From: Paragordius varius
Lineage: Eukaryota; Animalia; Nematomorpha
Direction: 5' to 3'
NCBI GenBank assembly: GCA_964247055.1
Contig: OZ176051.1
Coordinates: 13,640,001-13,704,000, forward strand
DNA length: 64,000 bases
Made by a program: the position numbers and the translations under genes. Each line of letters begins with the position of its first letter. Position 1 is the first letter of the stretch. The notes below the pieces were generated by a model that saw nothing but the letters and a program-made list of their open reading frames with translations, was not told the DNA's origin and did no database searches. Positions 1 through 12,581 of the stretch are shown one piece after another.

Positions 1-117
1 TGATAACTGATGTTTCAACAATTTCAGTACATCTGCCGAAAACAGTAAAATAAAAGTTAACAGGTATGAAAACTAAATTCAATAATCTATTTGTATATAT
101 ATATATATATGTATATA

Positions 118-383
118 TGTAAAAATTGAAATATACGGACAAAAAATAATATTTTTTTCTAAAAGACAACCATATTATTCAAATTTTGATTTTTTAAATA
201 TAACTGAATGTTTTTAACTGCAAAATATATAATAGAAATGTAAATAATCAATTATGTAGTCAAATTGTTATTAAATATTTTATATGCAAAAATTAAGGTT
301 TTAAAAAGTATAGTTTGTCTTTTGAAAAAAAATATTTGTTTTTATACTTTTACGTTTGGTCCGTATAATTTCGGTTTTTACTG
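118..383. mobile_element. MITE family M1 (~260-280 bp, CAGTAAAAAYTG TIR, TA-flanked, Tc1/mariner-like), left end eroded
   Basis: Right end ccgtataatttcggtttttactg|ta at 361-385; left arm aaaaattgaaatatacggacaaa...aaaagacaaccat matches the copies at 29408, 35225 and 43216. Confidence 0.75.
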
Positions 384-738
384 TATATGTATTAACACAA
401 TTCGGATTTTGGAAATCGGTATATTTTGGCACAACATTTTAATTTCCGTAAGGAAATCACGCCAAAAGACAATATGCAAAATAAAAATTGGTAATCTGTT
501 TCATTAATTTTATAATCTTTGCTTAAAATATAGGAATAAAACCTTATTATTTGGGGTAAGAAAAGACAAGCGTAATGAGAGGTATATTGAGTTTTTGTGT
601 CTCATTTTTTATCAATTTTAAATTAATTATTTGAACGAAAATTGCTATATTTAAGTCAATTGGTTACTTGGGGGTGACCAATTAACTATTATAATTTATA
701 AATCTGAATAACTCTATATTTTATTTAATTATGTAAAG

Positions 739-1085
739 CAGAATTGTCCAATCCAAATGACTTCGGTGGCTCCATTTCGACCGGAAAAACTTGGAGGAAC
801 GCAGTCCAAAGATATAGGGATGGGTTAAAAAATATTTTATCGATTTTCAACGGAAGACTGTAAAACTTATGAACACAATTATACTACTATTTATTTCAGC
901 CATTTAATTTGATTTGGAATTAGGGAATGCTTATTCGGAAAATTTGTTTCAGACAATTATAAGTTGAAAATAGCATATTTTACAAGTTAACTTGGCATTT
1001 TTTAAGTGATTTTCCAAATTTTCCTAAGGCTGGGTTTTTTGGACGAACGCATGTTGGACAAGACGAAAACAATTTTATTAAATAA
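739..1085 (+). CDS. Candidate last two exons of an unidentified plus-strand gene (about 739/742-823 and 1007-1085)
   Basis: Open frame AELSNPNDFGGSISTGKTWRNAVQRYRDG ends at a GTTAAA donor (824). It joins in phase 2 via ttttttaag|T (1007) to DFPNFPKAGFFGRTHVGQDENNFIK*. No homologue recognised. Confidence 0.3.
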
Positions 1086-1263
1086 ATATTAAGCAAATGT
1101 ATGGACTAAAAGTAAATTAAAAAGCTTACACTATATTTTACGAGTTTTTGTAAGGACTTAATTTATAATTAATGTATATTATGCCAATATATATATATAT
1201 ATATCTTTTTAGAGGTCAGTCCATTGTACTTATTACGTAAATACCAATGTTTTCACAAAAAAA

Positions 1264-4200
1264 TCAACCTTTAGAAGCCATCGGATAAGAAATTGTAGTT
1301 TTGGGTGTCGAAGCCAGTGACACATTCGAATACGTGCTGGGCGTTGATTTATCTGATAAGGTTCCATCCCTTTCCGCAACAAATCTCTCAGTTCCATCAG
1401 GATATTTGTGCTCATTACTAATAAGTTTAGCATTGAATGTTTGATCATAGTTTGATTCATCACCGTGGAATGAAATGGATCGTCGATTATTATCAATACC
1501 ATTGCCATTATTATTATAATTATTTTTTTCTTGTTTTAACACGTTTGTATGGTCAGGATTACAAATTTTTTTATCTATCATGTCGGCTGTAGTAACCAAA
1601 TATTTGTTAGGATCTATAAGTTTCATATCTGGGGATCGGTGTTGTTTTTTCACATATCCATAATCCTCATGCATTGATCGACTTAATGTGTTGTTGTAGC
1701 ATTGAGATTTTGGGACGTTATCATTATTATTATTTAAGGATGGATAAAAAACAGATTTCACGAGTTCCTTGGGCTTGGCTAAATCGTTTTGACTTAGGGT
1801 CGTAAGTTTTATCGTACTGGAAATGGGATAATTCATAGTAGTACCTTTGTTTTCATTTACTAAAAAAAGCATTTTTAATATAGTATTAATTTTGTATAAA
1901 TCAAACTTTTAAACAAATAAAAGAATCTGCTATCAATCCCCTATTTTGGTGGTCCTATACAGAGAGTATTTATTCAATTTATAAATAAATTCAAGGCCAG
2001 TGAACTAAAACTATTTAGTCACTAGAAAAATATAACGAATCCTTCCTATGCAATGCAAAGTCGCATAAAAAGGCTTTTTACAATTTAGACTTTTAAATTT
2101 TGCATAAGAACATAATTTTATATGGGAACCAAATATATGGTTTTAGTCCAGGGGTAAACACAAATAGCTTCGCAGGCTGCATTTTTAAATCGAAAAATCC
2201 GACGTGCACCGCATCCGCAAAATATATGTACTTGCAGTAACAAATAATTTATTAGATTTTAAACTAAGACTAAAAAACTACCATTGTATTTTAACAATTT
2301 TTGCTATTTCATTGCCAAATCCGGAAAAACATAGGACATTACTTGTTTAAGAAAAATAATTCTAAACCATTTACAATTCAAATTCACCCTAAAAAACTAT
2401 TATGTGTTTTTGAACTAATATAACTCATTATTAATATGAAATATAACTTTATGGCATATTTTACTATTTTTTTCAGTATTATTTTAATTTTAACAAAATT
2501 TTATTTTTAAAAATATATTAAAATATAGGTAATTTTTAAAAAAAAACTTAATTCATTTAAGGGTGATTTTAACTGTTCAAAGGTGAATTTGGATTGCACA
2601 AGGGTAAATTTGAATTGTAGATGGTATATTTTGATTACGTAAATTTGTATTAAAAATTTCTCGCGAATTACAAAAATATTTCTAAAGGCCGCATGTTGGA
2701 CCCCCTGGTTTAGTCGAACAAAAATATCGTTTTTTTTAAAAAAATATTTTTTTTAATTGTCCAGAAAAACTAAGAATTATTGATACTGTCATTTTTCATT
2801 CAAACAAATTGTTAGCTCACTCACTATTAATGAATCGTGACCAATTCAAAATAAGAAAAAAATATGATTAAAATATTCCTACCAGTTATGCTACGAGAAT
2901 GTGAATGGGTCGGATAAATATACATGGTATTTTTTATCTTTCGATGTTGTCCAATCTCTTGATTTGTCGCGTTTTGCACACATTTAAGCGATGACAATTT
3001 CGAGTCTTTTTCAGGGCTTTCCATCCCGTTCTGTGATGATATCATATTCCCATTGATACAATTGACTGTTTGGGGAAAACGGTTTTTTTCATCGTTTGAA
3101 TGTTTCAAATTTTTTGGAGGGTAACAATCATTTTTGTCATTCCTACAACCATTTTCTGTATAATCATCTATTATGTGGCATGACACTAGTTTAGGTGTGG
3201 GATGTAGATGGTGAGATATATCCTTTGGTAGCGTGCTGGACCAGTGTGTATCACCAACTAATTTTTTCTAACATAAATAAGAAAAAACATAAAAATTGTT
3301 GAAAGAGCGATGGTATGATATGGCCCAAGAAAAAAAATGGTTTTAAAAATAAGAATGTATTGATAAATATATTGTGAGGAAATAAAAACGCCTTCCCCCC
3401 CCCGCCCCTGAAAAATTACAAGTTATATATATTATTTATAACAAACGTAAGATTTAAATCACATTACCAATAAAATTTTTATATGTTATAGCATGCATAT
3501 GTTGCCTATACATATAACTTAAACAATACTGTTTTTTCTTATTGTTAAGAAATCGATGATCGTGGAGGGTATATATAGGTATCATATTTTAATATTTAAA
3601 AGTTAAAAGGAGAAAATACGCTTACATATCACGTTTAAAAGTATTTGCGAATATTATATAGTTATAAATAGTTAATGTCCAGAGAGTTATCATATACGCC
3701 ATATTTTACATTTAGCTGTGCCTATTTTGAGGTGTATTCCACTGATGATTGAAACCATTATAAATAACCTATTATTATGTAATTAAAATTTATGTTGTAA
3801 CATAAAAAGTTACATATATTTTTAATAGTTAGTTGAAATATTGATCATAGATTTTTGTAATATACAACATATTGAAAAAAAAAGAATTTACTAACAAGAA
3901 AAAAATCAAGGTTAAAAGTGTTTGTTGTTAATATGTGATAGATATATAGTTTAAGCTTTCATTCCTTTTACTATATCGGCAATAAATAAATATTAAATTT
4001 CCTTCCCGTTTTTTTGCTATGAAATATAAATCATGATGTATTGAAATAAATTGAAAAAATATATTTATTATAATTGCTCTTGCATTTTAAATATATAAAT
4101 TTTATAGTTTATGGTTCGATTTGTATGTTTTATCAGATTGTATTTTATAAACATGGTTAGTGATTTGGAACTACAAAATACAGTCCGCGAAAAATTTGCA

Positions 4201-7200
4201 AAATACCAATAAATTAAAACTTTATTTTATCATTTAAAAAATTATCTTGTGTGGTAAAATTATTATAACATTTATATCATTTACTATAACCGTAAAAATA
4301 ACTTGATTCAAAATTTTTATTACTTCTTGATTTTTAACGATGTAGGAAAATTCGAATGATTTTTTTTCCAAATTTTGTTACAACGGAGAAGGAACGAAAT
4401 TAAAATAATTATTAGATAATAGAGATAGATGGTGGCCGTAAATTATATATATATATAAAAAGTAAAAATATAAGGACAAAATTTTTTTCTAAAAGACAAC
4501 CAACCATACTATTTAAATTTTAATGTATTTTAATATAACTCATTGTTTTAAATGGCAAAACGTGAAATAGAGATATATATATCACAATCAATCTATGTTT
4601 TACAATTCTAACTAAATAGCTTATATGACTAAAATTAATTAAAAGTATGGTTGTCTTTTAAATAAAAATATTTGCCTTTATATTTTTACGTTTTGTCTGT
4701 ATCACATCAATTTTTACTGTAAAATATTTGATGTCCGTGCGTTTATATTTTTTAATACGGCCCGCCAAATTTTTCAAGCTTAAAATGCCGCCCACGAAGC
4801 TGTTTATGTTGACCATCTAATTTAAAACAAGAATGATTAAACAGTTGATTATCAATATTAAGCCATTCGTCCATACAAAAAGAGAGTATATATGTGTGTG
4901 TATAGAAAGTTAAAGCGCCTTAACTCTCCTGTAATTATTTGAAAAATTTGCAATAAACTATTTAACTTAAATAGATGCCAAATCTTGTGTTATTATGAAA
5001 GTTTTGATTGTGTATGTACTAGCGCATTCAAAAACTTAATGAATTATCCAAATCTTAAAAAGAAAATTATTAATCTCTTATATGACACGTTTTGGATTCA
5101 GTTTTTTTCAGATAAATCGATTACATGTCCACAAAACGTATGATTATTTTTTCGACATTTTCCAAATATTTAAGGTTTATATCCATTGTAGTATGTGCTG
5201 CAATAAATTAGTAGTCGAAGACTTACTTTTTGGAGTTATAAATCCATATTGAGAAATAGTGAAAAGGCATAAAATAGAGGTAATTTTATTAGACGTAGGA
5301 AAAAAAATTACTACATATCAATAAATTAGACGGTTATAATATTTTTCTTGTGTTACTCGAAACATCTTTAATTCATTTTAAAACATACATCCCAAAAATT
5401 GTAGTCAAAAATCACTTATCATATAAATCTATTATTTTGGATTTTCGACCTACTTTGAAAACTCGAATTTTGGAAATTAGATTGACACCGCAGAATTTTT
5501 TTGAGCTTCTTACTGGAAAAATTAAAAATATTCAGTAACCTTTTGCACTTTTACACCAACAATAAAAAAAAGTTGAAAACTAATGATAACAATTAATAAA
5601 TAGTGAATAAAAATTTTGAAAGTTAAGTATATTAAAATAGTAGTCCAATAGGTCAAACTTTTTTTACTGCTTAAAAACTTGTCAGGATTATTTCTGCACA
5701 TTATTTATACTGTAAAAAGAAAAAAAAGTGTCATTTGAGTTTTAATTATTATGTAATAGGTAGATTATATTTATATAGCACATTGTGAATTTCATTATAA
5801 ATAAAATTTGATTTTACGAAATTGTGAGTATTTTATGTGTTTTAAAAAATGTGATATATATATAACTAAAACCAAAAATATCAATTCAATTTTGGCTTAA
5901 TGATAAATTTTAAAAATTTAATCAATATAAATAATAAAGTATATATATAATAAATTTTAATTTTAAAAAAATTAAACGCGGAAAATATGCTCACATAAAA
6001 AATTTGATGACAACTTAATTGCCAAGCAAGCACGAGAAATTAATTATGTTGATATATATAGATATAGACATATTTAATGATGTTTAAAATGAAATATGGA
6101 TTATAATTTTATATCTTTCTTTTCGTCAAACCTTGCTAAATGCTTTTTTCTAGCTAACTAATTTTGGTGTTAAATTTACATGTATTATCATAAATAACAA
6201 TTAAAAATCAAAACTTGACATCGAAATTGAGATTGATAATAATGATTCATTTTGTGGTTAGAATTTAATTTTTTGGCTACAGTAAAATAATTTAAAAAGG
6301 TTCAATACAAACTCTAGCGTGATAAAATTTAATAATTATGGGATGGACTTTATGTAATGCGATGTTTAAAAATGTTTAAAACAATGAAAATCATACCAGA
6401 TATCCCTTAATGTTTTACATAAATATTCATTTTTTCATTCATTAAATTAAAATAATTTAAAGCTTTAATTCAATCTTTACGACGTTATTTATCTGGAGGC
6501 ATCATAATGAAAAATTCTATACATTTACTAGCGTAAATCTCGTGCTGCTACGCAGCCCGAGGAAGTCCTTCGGACTTCTGGGGTGGGGGGGGATTATTTG
6601 AAAAAAGGGAGAATAAAATGATCCACAATTTAAAAAATTATTTTTGTGGACTTTGTTTTTTTTAATAAATGGCATTTTACGGGGGGAGCGGGTAAGAGGG
6701 CCTAAATTAAAAAAGCAAGACGACTATCTTCGGCGCAATCGAAAATAAGTAAACAAAAATCATATTTGAAATTAAATGGTCCAACACGTTCTCCGGAAAA
6801 TTGTCTCAAAGACACGATTTTTGTGGACTTCTGTCACCAAAAAAACCCTTTTTTTACACGGGGTGGGCCCGAACTGGGAGCCTATTTCAAAAGATTATAT
6901 TTTTTCGAAATTTGGATTTGAATGGGTCTACCAGTTTTCCGGAAACATATCACAAAGCCACACGGATCAGTTTTTAGCGGGTAGCTCCTTACCCAGCAGC
7001 TATCATCAAAGAAACCTTTGACTAAAATTACCTTTTATCAGGGAATTACCGGAATCCTTATTCAATTTTTACGGTCTCATACCTAGGGCGAAAAATACAA
7101 TCAAAAAATTATTTTTGTGGACTTTGTTTTTTTTTGAAAAAAATGGAATTTTACGGGGGTAGCGGGTAAAAAGAGGGCCTAAATTAAAAAAGCGAGATGA

Positions 7201-9752
7201 CTATGTTCGGCGCAATCGAAAATAAGTAAACAAAAATCATATTTGAAATTGAATGGTCCAACACGTTCTCCGGAAAATTGTCTCAAAGACACGATTTTTG
7301 TGGACTTCTGTTACCAAAAAACCCTTTTTTTACACGGGGTGGGCCCGAACTGGGGGCCTATTTCAAAAAAGGGCGAATCTAATTTTTTCGATGTTTGGAT
7401 TTGAATGGGTCTACCGGTTTTCCGGTACCAGATCACAAAGCCAGCATTTTACATTTTTATAAATGTATAGATTTGGCAGGTAATTCAATCAAAAACCCAG
7501 AAAAATATAGATTTATTGATTAAAAAGTTAGATCAGACATTGTAGAAAAATATTTTTGAAAGATGCGCAGCCAAAGACCTTAGAATGCGTATTGCCATAT
7601 CATCATATGCGAAAAAAAGCTAAAATTTAAAGCTGAATATCAATGTTTAACATGCCATAAATTTGAATATATCAAAAATTATTTAGGGTATTAAACCGAA
7701 TTTAAAAATACACTTTATTTAGCCTTTTATGTACATTAAAATTTTTTTGAAAATGTAAAAATATCCTCATCTCAAACTTTTTTGCCGCCATTTTTTTCTA
7801 TAAATTTTTTTGATTGCTCATGCAACAGGCAATTAGATGTATATTATGGTTAAAAAGTGTAGATGTAAAAGGCAGACTACAATTTTTAAATCAGTTGTTC
7901 GTTTCAATCTTGTTTTGGAGCTGTCCCAATTTCAGACTCTAGAAGTCACAAAACTGTATAAAAATATGAGCCTTTTTTATCTAATATATGAGAACAATGT
8001 TTGATAATTAAATTTCTGACTAAAATAACGTTCAAAACTGTAGTTTATTTACAATATGGAGCTCTGGGATAAAACTACCCCAATAAACTAGGACAAAAAA
8101 ATGAAAAGGTAATAAAGTATCATTTGACAAAATCCTATTTTTTACAGTATGAATAAGTATGCATTGTTTTTTAACTAAACATTGCTAAATAGTTAAAATT
8201 GAAAAAAATAACTAGAGGCCAATATTGCCCCAATATGTTAATATGCTATCGGGCAATGAATAAGGAATACGCTTGTAATGTATATTTACTCACACTCTGA
8301 TCGAGGAGTTTTTGCAGAATAAAGCAATTTTGAGATAAAATAAAACCTTATTTTTCTTTTAAATAAATAATTAATTAATTAATTACATAATGATTTTCGG
8401 GGCTATCACTACTTTTATTTTTCGAAGGATTAACATTAACATTTTTTTAACTGTATATTTTTATTATTCATTCTTTAAAATATACACACACATATATTTA
8501 TCGCTAATAACCTTGTTCCACATCGATCGTTAAACATATTTTATACATAAAATTTACATACTGTGATGAATATATATACATATATGTGTATATAATTGTA
8601 ATAATTATATTTCATGTTTAATTTGTTACTTATATATACATATATTTTGTGCATAATTTGTTTTTTATTAACATATTTTTATAATATCATCACAGTATTT
8701 TGTAAAAAAAATGAAATTTACAAAACCCAAAATTCTAAAAATCGATAATATGTCAAAACAGATATTTTATTGTCCAACATTAAGGGATTTTTTTTATCTG
8801 GTACTTTGATAAATACAGTAGCGTATGGTATATAAAAGGTTATCATTTTTCATTTAATATACAAAATTAATGTTAAAACGTGGAAAAAATTATTTGATTT
8901 TAACCATTTGTTGTTTGTTGCCATACCCTAGTGTGATGCCATATTAGATAAAATTAAAGATAAAAATCTCTTATTATAATTATCAAGACAAGCAAGTAAG
9001 TATTAAGGGAAGGGGTCATTATACACGTACAAAATTACAGGAGAGATTTTTCCCTTAATATAGAGTAAAAATTATCTAGATAAAACTTTTTTTACTTCAT
9101 TGTATTGTATTGTGGTGTATTTGGTTAGAGAAAAACCATCAAATTTAATTTTTACAATAATTAAGTGTTTAATTAAGCTAGAGTACGTAAAGCAATAACT
9201 ATATTTATGATATATCAAATATGGTGTTGTACGGATTTAACTGTTATTGTTTAAACCATTTTGAAACTACTAACGTACATTAAGTTCTGCACATTTCAAA
9301 TTATACCAAACAGCAATTAAAACATTTTATTATAGATATTAAGCAAATGTCAAATTTAAAATATACAAAATAATTAAAACATGACTTACAACCAAAAGTT
9401 CAAATAAGAGTTCAGCAATTAATTATTACATATTATATACCTTAAGTGAACTTTGATGCCCATTGATGTGTTTCTTGTTTGCCGTTGTGTTTGTATTTGT
9501 GTTTATGGTAGAGTTTTTATGTTTTTTGCAATTTGTACCGTACATTTCTTTGAGTTTAATAGCTTTTTTATTCGAATTATGTTGTGGTGTAATTTCATCC
9601 TCCATTTTGGTGAAAACGCCCTCTTTGTTCGAATGGTTTGAAGTCAAATGAGAATTTGCCCAAGGTACGGAATATTGATTGAATTTTAGAGTTGAGGGAT
9701 CTAACTTCGCTTTCGATTCCCATAAATTTTTGAGGAACTGAAAAGATTCCAT
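1264..9752 (-). CDS. Unknown Asn/Ser/Lys-rich, probably disordered protein (~430 aa if the 1264 stop is terminal); exons 9441-9752, 2883-3267, 1264-1859
   Basis: Three long ORFs in otherwise stop-dense DNA, joined by canonical, phase-compatible sites: AAG|gtatat..tag|AAA (phase 0) and ACTG|gtagga..ttttag|TA (phase 1). No recognisable domain; further exons are possible. Confidence 0.55.
2149..2707. mobile_element. hAT (Buster-type) MITE
   Basis: Ends CAGGGGT... and ...gcatgttggaccccctg; 8-bp TSD TTTTAGTC/GTTTAGTC with central TA (nnnTAnnn, typical of Buster/Charlie hATs). Confidence 0.75.
2366..2625. mobile_element. Foldback MITE with ~21-bp subterminal repeats (aattcaaattcaccct), nested in the hAT MITE
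   Basis: Inverted ends accatttacaattcaaattcaccct / agggtaaatttgaattgtagatggt; the same core occurs at 46476-46818 in a different context. Confidence 0.55.
4440..4719. mobile_element. MITE family M1, degenerate copy
   Basis: ttctaaaagacaac...gtatggttgtctttt internal arms; right end tatttttacgttttgtc...tttttactg|ta. Confidence 0.65.
6528..7471 (-). mobile_element. Non-autonomous Helitron with an internal ~477-bp tandem duplication
   Basis: On the minus strand: A|TCTATAC 5' end at 7471; 3' hairpin ctcgggctgcgtagcagcacgag followed by CTAG|T at 6528-6531; inserted between A and T with no TSD. The repeat period is shown by duplicated ORFs at 6776 and 7253. Confidence 0.8.
7760..8100. repeat. Old dispersed repeat (MITE-like), homologous to 27790-28140
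   Basis: Shared segments gccgcca/gtcgcca-tttttctataaatt, gtcccaat..gactctagaag and aaaactacccca occur at both loci. Confidence 0.45.
8816..8933. mobile_element. MITE family M2 (CAGTAGCGTATGG TIR), short degenerate copy
   Basis: ta|cagtagcgtatgg left end; ttgccataccctagtg degenerate right end. Confidence 0.5.
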
Positions 9753-10778
9753 TGGAAATGAAAATAATACTTTTTGATTGTTAGGATAGGATAGGATAAA
9801 ATTATTTGATACTTTTTAAGGTAAAATTAATCTATTAAGTGATTTTCCAAGGTAAAAATTCATATAGAGGAAGCCGTAACAAACTAAGAGTCTATACACC
9901 CACCACACCTATTAAAATCAAATAAATTTTCATGTTGCATGAAATAATTGTAAACAGTTGGGAATTAGCAATAAATGATAAAATTCCGATTTGGAATTAC
10001 CAGGCTTTATAAAAAGATCGCTACATATTAACATGAGAATAAATTTAAAAAATAAATACAATATAATTCTTTATATTAGTATTTTGTCTTGTCACATTGT
10101 TGTCGCAAAAATGTATAATAGTATAGTATATGCATAAAATGAAATATATAATATTGTGTTGTCTACTTTTTGCTACATAGAGAGTATATGTCAAAACATA
10201 ATTTCCAAAAATTTAGTAGATTTTTGAATATAACCAAATTATATCATATATAATAATAAATATAAAACAGTAGAGATAAAATTACCAGGGAAAAACCAAT
10301 CAGATCGATTGTTTATATATATATATATATATATAAATATTTTTACTATGTTAAAAAAACAATGTACAGAAAAAAAAGTGTGTATAGATAAAAATATTTT
10401 GTGTAGTGTTCATTTTTCTTTATATTTACAGTAGTGTATGGTAAACAATAACAAATGGTTGAAATTCAACATTATTTTTTCTGTTAGGTAAACGTTATTT
10501 TTGATATATAATTATGGCCAAACTTAAATATATTTTATACATTTTTGTATAAATAAAATAATAAACAGTTAAGGTTAATATTTTGATTTATAATATAAAG
10601 TTTTATTTTTAAACGTATGATTAAGATTTAATTTTAAAAAATTTTTTTTTATAAAAAAAACTATCTAGAAATTTAATTGCTTTGATATCAATCCTCATAT
10701 AATTTTAGGAAAAAAATAAAGTTTTATAAAAGAATTATGTAAATTAGATAGCCTTTTTACAACATATACATATATATA

Positions 10779-10938
10779 CAGTAGAGTATGGCATAAAAAA
10801 TTATTTGTCCATAAAAGAATAAAAACATATTTTAAAAAAACAAGCCTAGTTGTAAATACGCATATCCATAATATCCCCTTGTTTTTTAACATTTTTATTC
10901 TTTTATGGACTAGTATTGTTTTATGCTATACGCTACTG
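10779..10938. mobile_element. MITE family M2 (~160-170 bp, TA-flanked)
   Basis: TIRs cagtagagtatggcataaaa / ttttatgctatacgctactg; core ctagttgtaaatac...atatccccttgttttt shared with the 12411 copy. Confidence 0.75.
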
Positions 10939-12410
10939 CAAATATTTAAAAACGCTATTGTCATGCTGTTAATATAGACGACACCTTAAGGATATTGTCT
11001 CCTATTTTTAAACTTAAGCAAAATTTGTTACTTTCAAGAAAGTTATATTGAATACACTTATATATCTCCTTCCCCAAAAACACTTTTAATATTTTTTCAA
11101 GAAATAAAACTCAGTCAGTAAGATATCAATCAATATATAATATATATTTATATATATCACTAATATCTGGGTTTTGCATTTTACTTATAATATAATTATC
11201 TTATAAAGACTAGCAGTATATAACGTTTTTTTATTTTCTTAATCTTATTAGAATTGGAGCATCCATTTTGAAATTCAGGATAAAGTTTAATAAGATATCT
11301 ATATATAAATAAAATTAATGAACCGTAATTTTAATATAATTAATTATTTTTTATAATTCTCGTTTAGATAATTAGTATTATGAAAACATACAAAATTAAA
11401 GTACTTACTATTTTGAAGTAGTTTTGAACAGGATTTAAATTTTCAATTTTGATATCTACGAAAACGAGATAATTTAGTATCATTAGTTTTTGTAATAACA
11501 AAAACGAAATCATTGTTTAGGTAAAATATATGTTTAATATAAATATGTAACATACTTAATATCTATTCCATTTCTTTCAATATTTTCATTCATAATATAA
11601 GCCTTTAGACATAATTGAAAATAATTTCGAACGATTTTTCCCCTCCACTAGCTAGCTTGAAAGAGTCTGAAGCGATGTTTAACTAAATAAGTACGCTAAC
11701 AGAAGTGGTGTTTACTGTTTATGTCGCTCCTCCGAGAAAATTTTCAATATTTAAAAAATCCGAATTTTAAATTTGCAATAAGCGTTTTTTTACCTATCGA
11801 TATTATAATTTATAGACGGCATCATGTTTTGTTTTACAAAAATTTTAATAAATTTTTTTGATGCCCTACAAAATTAGAGTTATAATATGATTAAGTATAC
11901 ATTGCTAAAGAGTTATTAATTGTTACCGAATCCAGCAAAGCAAATTATTATTGGCTAATAAGAGTATAAAAAGTAAAAAAATAAAATAAATATGAGCCAA
12001 AAATACTGCCCTTTGTTGCATATGCTTTTGACATTAATTAATAATTTTCTAGCAATGTATACTTTCTCATACTGTAATACACCAAATTATTGTCTTATTT
12101 GGATATTATATAAAACTCTTTATATAAAAATTAAGAATTGAGCTCTTTATCCCATATACATAATTATTTTTAACAAACAACATAAAATTAAGCAGCTTTT
12201 AATTTTTAAACATATAAAATCGTGTTTGATTAGGTAAAATATGTTGGCTTTTATAAGAACTAAAATCTTATATGGATGCGTACGTGATAAAATAATCTTA
12301 GCAATTTTAATTTTTAGAGTTTAATAATTTATTGTTGCATATGTTTTATTTTTATGTGTGCAGAGCCCGTTGAAAATGTGACCCATGAAGCCATGTGTAT
12401 TGATCACTTA

Positions 12411-12581
12411 CAGTAGCGTATGGAGTAAAAGATTGTTAGTGCAAAATAGAATAAAAAAATGTTGTTATTAAAAAACAATCCTAGTTGTAAATACACATAT
12501 GTATGATATCCCCTTGTTTTTTAAAAAAAACAATTTTTTATTCTATTATGGACTAATATTGTTTTACTCCATACGCTACTG
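12411..12581. mobile_element. MITE family M2
   Basis: ta|cagtagcgtatggagtaaaa ... ttttactccatacgctactg|ta; perfect 20-bp TIR and TA TSD. Confidence 0.85.

Noticed and set aside
265-507. 80-aa ORF
   Set aside because: TTG start, overlaps an M1 MITE arm, and has the composition of AT-rich noncoding DNA.
764-795. P-loop-like GSISTGKT
   Set aside because: No preceding beta strand or downstream Walker B, and it is too near the predicted C-terminus.
9453-9651. Hydrophobic plus-strand ORFs (likewise 39646, 50280, 52944, 53984, 23360, 25466, 41539)
   Set aside because: They are antisense shadows of real exons or LINE ORFs.
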